From NCBI GenBank assembly GCA_943704425.1, contig CALSCP010001961.1, positions 1-62,506 on the forward strand: a stretch of DNA of 62,506 nt. The letters are read 5' to 3'. Under the pieces are notes generated by a model. That model searched no databases and was not told the DNA's origin. It saw only the letters and a list, made by a program, of their open reading frames with translations. Made by a program: the position numbers and the translations under genes. The stretch is from Ministeria vibrans ATCC 50519. Its lineage: Eukaryota; Protista; Filasterea. Of the stretch, positions 42,331 through 55,987 are shown piece after piece (positions within the stretch are counted from its first letter, which is position 1; each line of letters opens with the position of its first letter).

Positions 42331-44324
42331 TCACCACTTGGCGTGCCACGGGGCAAGCAGGCCGCTCATGCGCTGGCGGTCTTCGGCCAGTCCAACATTG
42401 ACTGTGGGCAGAATACGACGGACTCGCACAGCCGAGACAAACTCGCGCAGTTCGCCATAGGAAGAATGTTCGCTGTAGGGCACCTTGACAATGGTGGAGC
42501 GACCAACGTGTGTGACGCTCAGGAGACCCGCGCCCGTAGTCGTGTCCTTTTTCTTGCGCGTCTCGTTCCAACCGCTGGGATGGAACCCAATGACACAGTC
42601 GAATGGGGAGCCCTCTCCACCGGCGCTCCTTGACTTAACAGGTGCCTCCAGTGCGCTCAGGTACAGATGTAGCTTGTTGGGCGTGAGCTCACTCATCGAC
42701 ACAATGTGAACGCGAGCGTCGACTGGTCGTGTCGCAAGGGTTGTTTCGCTAAAATACCGATCATCGAGGAGCTTGAGTGTTTTGCGTTTGCGAGCAGTTG
42801 CATATATTGGCGAGCCAATCGCGCGCGCGACTGCCTTGACCACACGCTCCTTGCCGATCGAGTAGGTGCCCACGACAAAGAGTGCTTTCTTGAAGCGTGC
42901 CAACGAGGTAGTTGCAAATTCCGCCACGGCATCGAGTGTGTCTTGCTGCGTCGGAAAATCGTACCTCGGGTCCAGATACTACATTGCACATGTACACAAA
43001 ATAAAAATCAACATTCATCACAACATGGCTCGTTCTTAATCGCAACATTCATCAAAACATGGCTCGTTCTTAATCGCAATGTTCATCAACACATGACTCG
43101 TTCTTAATCGCAATATTCATCAAAACATGACTCGTTCTTAATCGCAATATTCATCAACACATGACTCGTTCTTGATCGCAATATTCATCAACACATGACT
43201 CGTTCTTAATCGCAATATTCATCAAAACATGACTCTTTCTTGATAGCAACAATCATCAAAGATAATTTGCTCTTAATAGCAACAAAGATGACTCCTTCTT
43301 AATAACACTATAGATGACTCATTTTTGATTTGCTTACGGTCGTGTCGAGGTAGAGCGTGTGCAGTCGTTGAAGATACAACTTCAGGATGGGGTGCTCTAT
43401 GAAACGCTTGTCGTAGCGGCAGTCACCCGTGTGTAAATGAACAGTACCATCGGCAAGAATGAACAGAAAAAGAACTGCACCGGGACAATGATTGGCATCG
43501 ATGAGGGCCACTTTGGCCGTCGTGTTGGGAATGTTGACAAGCGTGTCCATAGGAAGTGCGCGCAAGTACATGTGTGAGACAGCACCGTGTTGTTTCGCCA
43601 AGGCAAATGTCACTTGACTGCAGTAGATTGGCTCGCGCCACAAGCGCGAGAGGCCCCCATAGTGATCGCTGTGATAGTGCGAGAGAAAATACCCAGCGCA
43701 ATCGGGAATTGCACCGTATGTAAAGGCGTCGACAGCAAACGGTCCCACACGCTTGTAAAAAGGACATGGTCGGAGATTTCTTGCGCCTCTGCGCGCAGGA
43801 ACGAGAGAGGTTGTCGAAGCAGTGGCAGAGACGGCGGCAGCGCTGGCAGGAGTTGACGAAGTTTTCGTTTTTGTGGTTCCCCAGAATGAAGAAGAGGAAG
43901 AGCGCACTTGGACAGTGGCTTCCGCGGCAAGTGTACGCATGGTAGAGGAAATGCCAAGAAACACGTCAAGAACGCTCTGTTTCATGGGGCTTCTCGGGGT
44001 GTTGGCGTCGCTTCGAACGCGTTTTGCTTCAACGCTGTCGTTGCTGTCAAGCGGGCGCTTCAGCCCGCTTTCAGCAGCACTTACTGCCACTGCTGCTGTT
44101 GTTGGTGGTGATGGTGACACTGTGGTGGTCGTCGTTGCTGCTGCTGTCGATGCAAACCACGGATGGGCGTAGTGTTGGAAGTGCGTCGGCTCCGAACAAC
44201 AGCACAACTCGCCAGCAGCACATTCTGCCAAACGGCCCTGGTCCACTTGCGTACATTCAAGCAAATGCCCTGTAGGATCACTACTGGGGTCCACTGGAGC
44301 CGAGCAGCAGGAGCACCGAGCCAT
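42331..44324 (-). CDS. DCLRE1A: DNA cross-link repair nuclease SNM1A/Pso2 (metallo-beta-lactamase/beta-CASP) with N-terminal zinc fingers
   Basis: CPFYK, VDAF, FLSHYHSDHYGGL, DANHCPGA, HTGD, LYLDTT-Y, GTYSIGKER and VPYSEHSS. N-terminal CSCC..HLLEC and PBZ-like C..G..C..HFQHYAH. One intron at ~42983-43337. Confidence 0.9.
43016..43310. repeat. 34-bp minisatellite (~7 intact copies plus degenerate ones) in the SNM1A intron
   Basis: Unit catcaa(a/c)acatgactcgttcttaatcgcaatatt starts at 43016, 43050, 43084, 43118, 43152, 43186 and 43220. Confidence 0.95.
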
Positions 44325-44462
44325 TCTAAAAAAAAATAAAAGTTTTAGAGGATTCGTGTTTTAGTCTTATTCGTTTTCAGTTATTATTCGAACTTCGTGC
44401 CCTACACGCACTCGCTTGTAGCTCTTTTTTTTCGCTCGGACACCAGTGTTGAGACAGAAGTC

Positions 44463-45894
44463 ATGTCTGCGGCAGAATCAGGTCGATTGGGAAGTCTGGG
44501 CTCGTCGCCGACGATGCGCCGGCTCAACGTTCCCAGCGACCAGGTGCACGAGAAGACCTCAGAGGAATACGAGGAGGAGGCTAGACAGGTGCGTGCCGAC
44601 CAAAGCATACATGCCCATTCAAAACCACAGTCGCCAAGAAAATTATTAATACTCTAATGCTATCCGGAATTTACGGCGAAACACGCAAACGCAAACGCAC
44701 CGTCGAGTCGCAGACGACGTGAATGAGGAACGCGATCGAGTGTGTGACCGAAGACTGGTCGCTCCAGAAGGCAGCAGCTCGCAGCAGCCGCTGTCAAGCA
44801 CGACGCGCCCCCTCCCTGCCTCCCTCCGCTCCCGCCCCCCTTTCCCCCGCCTCCCTCCTTCCCTCTACCCCCAACCCATCCTCTTCAGCGCCTCATTGGT
44901 CGATGATTTTCTGTTGTAGCTCTTCCTTAAGCAGAAGGCAGCCGAGATTGCCCGTGAGAAAGAGGCGCAGGAGTTGGAGAAGCAATTGGCTGGCTTGTCG
45001 GAGGAAGAAAAAGAACAGTTGGTAAGACGCCTCAACCGCGCCTCGTATGTCTCCTCGCTTCCCTTCATGTCCTTTCACAGTCCATATAGACCCTTTCTCT
45101 TTGCGTTAGCCGACGCCTCTTTCTCCCTGGATAGATATATATGGATATCATATATATTTTTCACTGTCTTTCATTTTTTTTTTCGCAAAATATCTGACGT
45201 CGCACCTCAAAAAACAAGATGTGCTCATTTCTCGCTCTTTGTCGCTCACGTTGTTTCTCCTGCTCTCTATTCAGCTTCAGCAGCGGTCCGAGAAGGCAGC
45301 CGCGGACCGGGCGGCGCGACGGTTGGCATCGTTAAATATCGAGTCTGAAGTGGACGCGTTCAAGGGAGACGACGAGGAGCACTTGATCCAGGCGACCAAA
45401 GTGATCCGACACCTGACACTGCCGCCCTTGCCCAAGGAAGGCATCAAGATGAAGAAGACAAACTTGGTGGACGAGACGGGTCAGCACAAGCTGCTGACGG
45501 CCAAGGAGATCAAGGCAGCAGACGAAGCGGCGCAGCGCAAGGCGGAAGAGTGGAAGAAGGAAATGGACGGCAAGAAGGGCGCTCGACGAGTACCCGTCAG
45601 TCCCGACAACTCGCTTACCAAAATGGACAACATGAACGAGGAACAGCGCGAACAAGAGCGCATGGACGCAGAGAAAGCTCGTCGCAGAATTAAGGAAATT
45701 GCCGCCGAAAACAAACTGAGAAAGGTATAAGACACATGCAGAGCGATCAAAGAATGCTTATTGTGCGTTGTAGTTGAAGTCACCGTTGGACATGCCTGAT
45801 GCGAACCGACGAAAGACAATTGCAGCGCCAAACATGGAGGCATCATCCGTACCAGAGGTATACCGTTGAACAAAAAACACCGAAATGCGAGAAA

Positions 45895-45966
<72 letters not shown>

Positions 45967-45991
45967 TTATTTTATNNNNNNNNGCGAGAAA

Positions 45992-46063
<72 letters not shown>

Positions 46064-46543
46064 TTATTTTATTTATTATTAGAAGTATTATTAGTATTGG
46101 TATTATTAGCATTATATTTTTGAATTTATTATTATTATTATTATTCTGAAATGCGGCGCTATCTGTAGTTCCCTGGGAAAATACTGAGAGCGGCGAGTGC
46201 CGGGTCAATGTCAAAGATACCGGTGACAGACAACGCGGAGGAGACGACAATGGTGACCAATGGTACAGGTGAGAGTGCGAGCAATGAAGCGGGAGAAGGA
46301 GCGACTCAAGGCGAAGGGGGAGGAGGAGAGGGGGCGAAAGCGTTGGCTGGTGCGAGGAAGCTGAGTAAGGAAGAGAAGGTGGCGGAGAAGGAGCGGCTCA
46401 AGGTGGAGAAAGAGCAGCTTAAGGCAGAGAAGCAGCGGCTCAAGGCGGAGAAGAAGGCGGAGAAGGAGCGAGAGAAGGAGAAGAAGCGCCTGGAGAAGGA
46501 GGCCAAGGCACAGGCGAAGAAGGATGCCAAGCAGAAGAAATAG
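44463..46543 (+). CDS. Uncharacterised charged coiled-coil protein (5 exons)
   Basis: Exons ~44463-44588, 44920-45021, 45275-45724, 45774-45857 and 46169-46543 join in frame. Glu/Lys-rich helices and a KEKE-type tail. Confidence 0.65.
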
Positions 46544-46830
46544 GACCGACCGTGTTCATTGTGTACATAGTATTATTGATTTTGTGTGTCAATGAGTGAC
46601 GAAAGAAAGACGCCAGAGAGATAGAGAAAGAGAGAGTGTGTGTGTGTGTGTGCGTGTGCTGTTTTTGATTGCGTGGGAAGGGAGAGGCACACGAGAGACA
46701 GCTTAAAGTGTACTGAAATTCTACTAACAATTTTTGACCAATGTGAAAGATTTTCGAGCTGCACCAACGTTGATTGCCATTAGTAAAACAAATACAAAAG
46801 CACAGTTTGTGTTTATTGCTGTTGAATGTT

Positions 46831-48732
46831 CTACCAGAGGTCTTGGCGAAGACGCTTCGCAAGAGACCAGTCCTTGACGCGGCGCTCGGCGTCAGCGTAG
46901 GATGGGTCGCAACCGTCGCGCACGAGAATGTCAACGAGAGCGGCGGTGACATCGCGGCCCATGCCGTTGGCCTCGCCGCAGACATAGACGCAGGCGGAGG
47001 GATGGGCAAGCATGGTGGACGTGATAGTGCGGCTGTAATGCCGCATGCTGTCTTGCACGTAGCGCAGGTGCGGGGGGGTGTTGGCCTGGTCGTTGCTGTT
47101 GTCGCTGGTGTTGGCGTCAGCGGCTGCACCTTCTGCTGCCGCTGAGGCGGCGGTGCTTGAGGAGGGTGCGGGATCGCGTGAGAAACATACGTGCAGCTGG
47201 GCTGGAGCGTGCTCGAGGACGGAGCGGAAGAGGAAATCGCGGTGTTCGTGACGGCAGCCAAAGAAGAGTGTAGTGCGTGCGGCCGGGATGCACTGGGCCT
47301 CGCGATGCTGCAGGAAGCCAACAAAGGGAGCAACGCCCGTGCCAGGGCCCACAAGGATGATTGGAGTGGCAGGGTCGTCGGAGGGCAGACGAAAGGTGTT
47401 GAGGGGGCGGGGGAAGATGGGAAGAGGCGTGGTGGCGGGGTCGAGAGCGGGACGGGCGCGCACGTGTGGGGCCAGCTCGGTTTGCAGGTGGGCGTCGGCG
47501 GGACTGAGAAGCGACGCGGCGAGGCGTTCGAGGAAGGAGGAGGCAATGCCACGACGACGTGTGTGGCGGTGGGTGTCGGCGTCATCGTGGTCGAGCAGTG
47601 GGTTGGTGTGGTCGTATTCGACAATGTTGAAGGCAAATTCGAGGGTTGTGGGATGCACGAGGGGCGAGCAGGCAACCGAGTAGTAGCGCGGTGCAAGACG
47701 CGGGTAGTGCTCAAGGATGCAGGTGAGCGGAGGCGAGCACGATGGAAAGGCGGTGAGAAGATCGAGTAGAGTGAGTGCTGGAGTGCGGATGAGCTCGGCA
47801 AAGGCGGCCGCACCGTCCCGCGCGCACAATGTGAGCATGCGATGCTTCTCGCTGAGCTCGCAGGTGTGCTCTGCAAGGGCGCGCAGTGTGGCCTTCTTGG
47901 GGACGGCGCGTACATCGACAGCACGTAGAAGCACTGTTCGTGGGGTGAAAGTGCGCGGTGCAGCGAGGTGCGGAGGAACAGCCTTGGATGCGATAGAGGA
48001 GGTGACGGTAAAAGGTACGTCGTGGCTGGACGGGTCGCAGTCGCTGAGGTGTCTGAGGATTTTATCGACTTCGAAGGGGTCATTTTCGGGAAAGACACCA
48101 AAGGCATCGCCAGGCTCGTAGTTCAGGCCCGAACCCGCAATATCTACCTGGATCAGCAGTGTACGCTTGACCGAATCTCGCTGTGTGAGGTACTGGGCGC
48201 CCACAAGATAGGCGGGAAAGGGCGACGCGAGGGTCGCAGATGGTGTGGCAAGACTCTCGCTCTCATTCGCGCTCTCTATCGTGACAGGGGTTGATCGTTG
48301 AAGGTACGGAGCGGGAAGACGAGGAAGACCGGGCACCTCGTTGGGGACGTCGGCAACCGAGCCGTTGCCATTGGCGTTGGCAGTGAACTGACTGTCGTCG
48401 GGCTCAGGCAGGTTGGCAAGCAGTGGACGCTTCGTCTCAATGACAGCGCGCATCAGTGGCACCACAGCCGCAATCCATGGCTCCACCGTCATTTCAAGGC
48501 TGCGTCAAGTACAGAGAGAGTGAGAGAGTGCGAGGTTCAGAGAGAGAGAGAGAGAGAACAAACAAGCGCAAATGAAAACAAGAAGGAAGAGGATCGCAGC
48601 AGTATATGTACCCTGTGCCGTCGTCGGCGGTGCCGAGTGAATGGAAGCGAGTCGCACCGAGTTCGGCCATGCGACTGTCGAGGTTCCGTCCCATCGCACA
48701 GAAATCGTTGTAATTGGTGTCACCAAGACCTT

Positions 48733-48786
<54 letters not shown>

Positions 48787-49132
48787 GGAGTGAGCATTTC
48801 CGTGTTAGTAGCTGCGTGGGCGTCGTACCGAGCACCGCAAAGTGAAGGTTGGCAAAGTTCTTTTCGTTGGCCAGCGTGCGCTTACTCAGACGCCGCCAAA
48901 AGGATGCTGCCGAGTCCGTTGGGTCCCCCTCGTAGTGGGTGGAGACGACAAAGACAGCAATATGCTCGTGGGCAAGTTGCAGGTGCAAATCGGGGAAGGC
49001 GTCGAGGCTGTGGAGGCGAACGCGTGCGACATCGCCGAATTGGTCGACACAACTCGTGTACAGGTCCGTCGCGATTGTTTCGGCGTTGCCTGTCTGCGAT
49101 CCAAACAGAATACTCACTCTAACAGGTGCCAT
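46831..49132 (-). CDS. MTRR: Methionine synthase reductase (diflavin reductase)
   Basis: Flavodoxin motif [37 protein letters not shown] (MTRR-typical), long linker, [27 protein letters not shown] and QDLW*. Confidence 0.82.
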
Positions 49133-49390
49133 TGAGAAAGATAAACGAAAAATGTGAGTGAGTAATGAGTTCTCAGTTCAGAGTTGTCACTTGGTTGACC
49201 GAGTTGTGATTTTTGTTTGGGTCTTGTGACTTGTCAAGTTGTCATCAAAATTCAACGCCCTGCACATATTCTGTTGAGATTATAGCAGTCGTGCTGTTTA
49301 GAGGTTATAGCAGTCGTGCTGCTTAGAGTGATTGTAATTCCATTATGTACATTTCAATGTGACTTAGGTTCGCTCTCTCGCACTCTCTCT

Positions 49391-50384
49391 TCAGGTTGTA
49401 GCGGGGGCGTCGGGCTGGGCGTCAGGGTAGGCAGCCTGAAAGGCAGGCAGTTCGCTGAGAGTCGCATCGATACGGCTGAGAAGAGGGAACTGGTCCATGT
49501 CAACCTTGAATCGTCGCGCATTGTACACCTGTGTATCACACAAAAACAGCAATAATAATAATAATAATAAAATTTATAAGGCGCGACTGGCGAGTGCAAA
49601 ATACACGTACCTGCGGCACGAGACACATATCGGCAAGTGTCACCTCATCGCCCACACAGTACTTTCCCGCCGTCTTGGCCACCATCTTCTCGAGACCCTG
49701 GAACCCCCGTTCAATCCAGTAGCGACCCCACTCCATCTTCTTCTCGGCTCCCACATACTTCAGGACCCGCAGGTTTTGCACCGGCTGAATGTCGGATACA
49801 ATGCTTTGTGCAATGGCTCGAACCTACGAAACGTCAAAATGTAAATGAAATTGTGGCAGAGAAAAAGAAGAGAGAGTAGACAGAGAGGAGAAGAAACAAA
49901 AAGAAAGACGTGTGATAGAGAGGAGTGGAAGAAGGAGGGGCATCCAACTGCTCTACAGCGCACAGACGAGAGTGCGGTGGCGTGGGGTACCTGGGCGCGC
50001 GTCGCCGTGTCCTTGGGCAGGACGGGCGCGTCGGGATACGCCTCCTCAAGATACTCGCAGATGGACATCGATTGGTTCAGGACCAGGCCGTCAATCTCCA
50101 AGGTAGGCACCTGCCGCATGCTGTTCTTTGCAGCGTAGTCGTCCTTGAGCTGAAGAGAAGGAGATTATTATTATAATAAAATATGACTGATAGGAGTGAA
50201 ATACCTGCTCGCCACCGTCGTTCAGCAGGTGCACGGCCACGTACTTGTACTCAATGTTCTTCCAGCTGAGCACCAGCCGAACACGCCAGGAGCATGAGCT
50301 TCGAAAGTACGAATAGAGAACCTGAACCAACCAACGCGTGTTTATTGCTCTATATCAACACATCGCCGTGCATACCACGCTCAT
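49391..50384 (-). CDS. GSTZ1: Glutathione S-transferase zeta / maleylacetoacetate isomerase
   Basis: [60 protein letters not shown] and QPDAP. Confidence 0.93.
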
Positions 50385-50547
50385 GTCTAATCAGAAAAGG
50401 TCGCAGGAGAGAATGGAGATGGTTCGACGGGAGCAGACCAAGCAATAAAAGTGTGGGTGACTGGGTGTGAGTAGTATTCGATATTCGGTTTGCATCTGTG
50501 ATCCCTGATCAGTCGCACTCGTGACTCGGCAGTCATTCATTAAATCC

Positions 50548-51090
50548 ATGTCGAGGTTTGTCTCGTCTGTGGAACTCCGCGCCAAAGAGCAACAGTTGGC
50601 GGAGGACCGAGAGAGGGTGTTGGAACGGGAGCGGGAAGCGGCGGCGCGTCGCGTTCGACAGGAAGACGCTCGTCGGGCTCGCGGCGAAGCCTCCTGGCTT
50701 GCACCAGGACTGGCGGATCGTCTTGCTACATCTGCAGCAGAGAGCTCGGAGGGGAGCAGTCGGCGGCGACGAAGCGACGTCGATCAAAATGATGACGATC
50801 GGTCGCTGAAACGCGTTCGTCGCGACGACAAGACGCATCCATCGTCGTCGTCGTCGCACAAGAAGAAGCATAGGAAGGAGAAGAAGTCAAAGAAGCACAA
50901 AAAGGAGAAGAAGGCCCACAAGAAGGACGAGAAACGTAAGGGCAGCGAGAGCAATGGCAGTAGCGACGAGCACGACAGCTCAGACGCAAGCGATGTCGAC
51001 AATGCTCACGAATGGGTCGAGGCGCCCTCGCCGACCGCATCTGGTGCTGTGCCGTCCTCCTCTGCCACTGCCACTGCCACTGCTGCTGCT

Positions 51091-51121
<31 letters not shown>

Positions 51122-53590
51122 GCGACTCGTGGATGCTGGCACCGAGCGCCGAAGACTTGACGCGATCCTTGTTGGAATCGAAAGAGTCAAGTCGTCGTAA
51201 AGAGGAGGAAGAATCGAAAATCGCAGAGGGACGCGAGGCCGAGGCGCGTCGTCATGCACCTGGTCAGAGCTCACGTGAACTCAACCCTTACTGGAAAAGC
51301 GGCGGCACAGGTGTGCCCGACTCGCTCGCCGAAAGCCAGTCGCGAGGAGACAATCAAGCTCAGCAGCAGCCACCTGCGCAACCGCTCGCCCCGCAAGCAC
51401 AGTCGGCCGCCTCGTTGAGCCTTAGTAGCGACGCGCTGAGCAGCTGGCGACAACGTCTTCTGGCACGTTCGGCGTCCTCCGTGGCGGCGACAGCAGCCGC
51501 CACACCACCCATCTCATCGAGTGGATCCGAAGAGCGCTTTCAGAACAGCTACAAGGCCAAGATGCGTGCGCCAGCGCCTGCCACACGAGCCCCTCCGCTT
51601 CGAGCCCCACCGCTCTCGCGCGCGTCTACCTGGGGGGATGACTCGGATCCAATGGCCGCATTTGCAAGGCCAAAGAGGGACGATGTCGACGACGACGATG
51701 CACTCTTGCTGCCAGCCGACTACAAAGCAGCCAAGCCTCGGAGAGCAGCATCTCCTCCTGCGCTTCCGTCCTCATGGGACCTTGACGAACCTGCTGCACC
51801 ACCAGTTGCCACCGTCGCCGCCACCGCCACCGCCACCACTGCACCTGCTGAATCAACTGCCAACATCGCTACTCTCCCTTCGAATATCACCGCCACTGCC
51901 ATTCCGTCACTCTCGGCCCCTCCACCGATTGTGAGCGAAGAAGAGCGCACGGCAACTCTCAACAGGCTCAATGCCAAGCTAATGCGGGCCGAAATGATGG
52001 GTGACGCGGCCAAGGTGAAGCAATTGCGCGCCAAAATCGAACGCACGAGCGAAACACACACGCCGTCTACTACTTCTACGCGTGCAAGGACGACGACAAG
52101 TGCTGAGTCGACACGAAGCGGAGCAGTGCCGGATGAATTGGTGGTCGAGACGATCATGGACCGACAAGGAGTGATGCGGGCACTGCCGAGTGCAGAAGGG
52201 GCGCGCGATGCGGCGCCCCTGGTGGGTGGGCGACGCAAGCGGAACAAGGCGATTGCAACGCACGGGACTGATGGCGAGCGTGAGCGCTTCTTTCATGACG
52301 ACGACCGGTACTCGCTGCAGGATCTGGTGCGTCAGGAGCGCACCGGCGATGGGCTCGACATGGAATCGGAGATGCTGAGGACTATGGCGAAGGCAGCTAA
52401 GGCGCGAGGGGGCGCAACTGAGCTGGCGGGTCAGCACGACGACTACGGTGTTGACGACGCCTTTGAGTCGAGAGTGCGTACGGAGCGTGGTGCCGCTGTG
52501 CAGCTTGACCGGCAGCGTGCAAGTGCCGTGCGACAAGCTAAGCGTGCTGAGGACGCCCGTCAGCGCTGCACACTGTGTCTCGGTGCCGCAGCCTGTCGCC
52601 AGCACCTCACCGTGTCGTTAGGCATCACTTGCTACCTGGCGCTGCCCGAGCATCCGCTCGTACCAGGTCATTGCCTGGTCGTACCCCTCGACCATGTCTG
52701 CTCACGCCTCTGTGCCGACGAAGGTGTCATTGACGAAATGAAGGTACGACGCACATACATACTGCACACCAAAAGACCCACACGCATACACACACTAATA
52801 TGCCTTCTCGACAATGACACACGTACTCTTTTTCGTTTGATTTTTCTTATTCACAGGTATTTCTGCGATTGCTCCGTCGTATGTTTCGCGAGCAAGGAAA
52901 GCGACTGATTGTGCTGGAGACGGGCAAGCGGCCGCGCGACCAGTCATACCACACGCGACTCGAGTGCATCCCCATCGCGCTTGCCGACGGCGCCGACGAC
53001 GCTCCCATCTACTTCCGCAAAGCCATCACCGAGCACGACGAGCAGTATGGCACGCGCAAGACCGCCCTCATGGATCTCGCACACAAGCCCCTCAGGCGCT
53101 CCATTCCCACTGTAAGTTGATGAGCTTTTATTCTTGCATTGAGTATCTATTTTATAATTATATTATTATAATATTTTTTATTATTATTAAATTTTTAATA
53201 TTATTATGCTCTCTTTTTCTAATAATATTTTTTTTCTATTTCCTACAACACAAAACGAACAAACAATTATGTGTGTGTTTAGGGATTTCCTTATTTTGCG
53301 GTTGAGTTTGACGCGGACGAAGGATTTGCGATGATTCTGGAGGAAGAGGCTGATTTTGATCGACACTTTGGAAAGGTAATAATGAATATCTTTATAAAGT
53401 TTATATCATCTCCTGTTCGTGGCGTCACCCGGTCTTTTCTCAGGCGGTTCTTGGCGGCATGTTGGACATTCTGCCTCACATGTGGACTCGTCCACAGCGC
53501 GAAGATTTCTCCTTGACCCAAAAGCGTGTGGTCGAATTCAGTCGACAGTGGTTTCCGTTCGATTGGACGCGAAGGCTCAATGAAAAATAA
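50548..53590 (+). CDS. CWF19L2: CWF19-like protein 2
   Basis: RELNPYWKSGGTG, LNAKLMRAEMMG, RERFFHDDD, CTLC, GHCLVVPLDH, LECIPI, APIYFRKAI, GFPYFAVEF and PFDWTR. Confidence 0.9.
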
Positions 53591-54193
53591 GACGCTCTTT
53601 CTAGATTCTTCATAACCACTCAGTGAAGTCACAAGATACCTACCACACTCTTTTGTGAGGAGGTAGAGCCTATTGCGAACGAATGGACGCCAGTAGTGAG
53701 CTGCGAGGACTTTAATTTATTTTTTCACACCTTGGATACGAACTTGCTGATAGGACTCAATGCCCTCCGCCAGTCCTATAATGGAACTGATACAAGTATA
53801 CGACAAGCATACGCCATACAGCAGTGTATTGAAACAATCAGAGGTGGAAAACTGAAACAGTGAAACCCTTTTAAAGGCAACAATAGAGCCGAAGTTGTGC
53901 GTGACTGAACCGAAATATTCCGGCCGTATTCGACCACTGCTAAGGCATACCACTATATGCTAAAACAACTAAGTGAACGGAAAAATGTCCAAGAAGGGCC
54001 AGAGGCTCAGAGCGACGAGCGCGCGGATAATGCAATCGCTGTGGGTTTTCTTTGACGTCACAACATTTTCAATCTGAGTGAAGATCGACACGACAAATCG
54101 GCATTATTGTCAATTGTAGATTTAGAAATTTTTCGTTTTGTGAGTGAGTGCTTACGCCTAGCGCTCTATTGACTACTCCATCATCCAACACCG

Positions 54194-55987
54194 ATGGCGC
54201 AATCTAGTTCCTTGCCCGCCAATGCTCAGCCGTTGTACACGCCGTCGTATTCGGTACGCGCCGGTCACACATCCCCGATGTTTTTGTCCTGAGTATTGAC
54301 TCGCTTATTTTCCTGCATCCAGCACCACCTCACGATGAATTCCGGCATGGAAATGCCCTCACAAGGCTTTCAAGCACCCAATGCGCCGTACGGGCGGCAC
54401 ACACAGGGCACAGAGGTAAATTTACAATCGTGTAGCCGTTGCGGTCATCTCCCCTACGACACCTAAACTACCCGTACATCGCTTGTTATTTGCGCGTACA
54501 TGGACATGTGTGTATTTTAAACCGATTGGAAGTCAACACTGGGACATTTATGGCTTGCATACACGCAATTCAAGCTTCAAGCTTGATATGAGTCACAATA
54601 ATTTTTCAAAATACTTCCTCCAGACGTACACCCCGCGCGCTTCTCAGCTTTCATCGACTGCAATAATGGCAAGTGGTCGACAGCTACCTGCATGTGTTCC
54701 TTGCCAGAGCTCTCACGGTACGGCCCAGATCGCATCACATCGGAGATATTTGATGTGCTCATTTTCTTCATGGGCACTCTGAACCCTCCTCCTGTGTTCT
54801 CCCACCTTGCAAACTCTGTAGTTGGTTGTGATCGTGGACAGCCATGCTCTCGCTGCGTCCGTCTTGGTCGGCCGCACGAATGTATTCCAGCGAAGCACCG
54901 AAAGAGAGGCTGGCGTCGTGGGCGAAAGAGAGACAAAAAGGACATCGACGACGAGGAGGAGGAGGACGACGAAGATTCACGTGGCGGCGAAGAGGATGAG
55001 ATCCGACGCGTCTCACCTACCGTTTCCAAAAAACCCCGATCGACGACGTCTGCCAAAGTGACTGTTCGTCCTGGTGGGCCATCTATGCCTGTCTCCATTC
55101 TCAGGTGCGACGCCCCCAAGCCCTGTCACTACGCCTCATCACCCCCATTCCCTTTTTTCTCAAAGCCCTGTCGTTAACCCATTGCTGGAACAATCCATCT
55201 GTTTTTTTTTTTTTTTTTTTTTTATTGTTAGACGCTCATCTTTTCACAACCGTGCTCATCAACGTCCCGATTGGTCTCCTGCAAACGTTCACTGTACACT
55301 TTCTATCGGTCCTTCCCGATGGCTCTCGCCGCTTTGTTGCTTGCGAGGTACTGTTTTCGTGCGAGTGTGTGTGGTCCTTTTTTTTTTTTGTTAAACAAAT
55401 GCCTTTTCTCATTCATCATTCAGGTGAAGGGCAAAGCGACAGAAGCAAATGAAGGAGAAGAGAAGTGCTTTGTGGCGTCGGTCCGTCTATTGCAGGAGCA
55501 AGGGTCGCCGCTTGCTGCACCAGCAACGGATGGCCAGGGGCTGCAACAACACCAACACCAGCAGCACCAACACCAGCACCAGCAGCACCAACAGCCACAG
55601 CAACAGCAACAGCAACAGCACGCGCACCAGCCACTGTCTCTGCACTCGCAGCCCCAGAGCATGGCCTACCAGCCACGCCTCTACCAACCCCATCTGAGCA
55701 GCCCTTCCTCTGTGACCATGCAATACCCACCCCAGATGCCTCTCTACCGCTCCACTTCAGGCGCCCAGCTCCCTTTTGTTCTCAACATGACCCCTGCCCT
55801 CCCGCGCCACTCCGATCCGCTCCTCCAGCTGCCCCAGACGACCCTCCCCGACGATGTCCGCTCTGCCCTCACGCACCCCGCCACCAACACCACCAACACC
55901 AACACAATCACCGCGTCCGTCTCCACTGCCACAAGCTCGTCGTCTGTTACCAAGCAGGACCTCTCCGGTCTCTCCAATTTTTTCTAA
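54194..55987 (+). CDS. Zn(II)2Cys6 transcription factor with basic and acidic tracts, a possible PAS-like segment and a Gln/His-rich tail
   Basis: Spliced ACVPCQSSH-VGCDRGQPCSRCVRLGRPHEC (six Cys) followed by KHRKRGWRRGRKR. Exon boundaries were inferred from GT-AG sites. Confidence 0.78.

Noticed and set aside
46440-48107. 555-aa Pro-rich ORF overlapping MTRR
   Set aside because: It is an alternative frame of a GC-rich coding exon, with no domain features.
49281-49330. 25-bp direct duplication (tatagcagtcgtgctg..agag, 2 copies)
   Set aside because: It is a simple local duplication between GSTZ1 and MTRR, with no further evidence of function.
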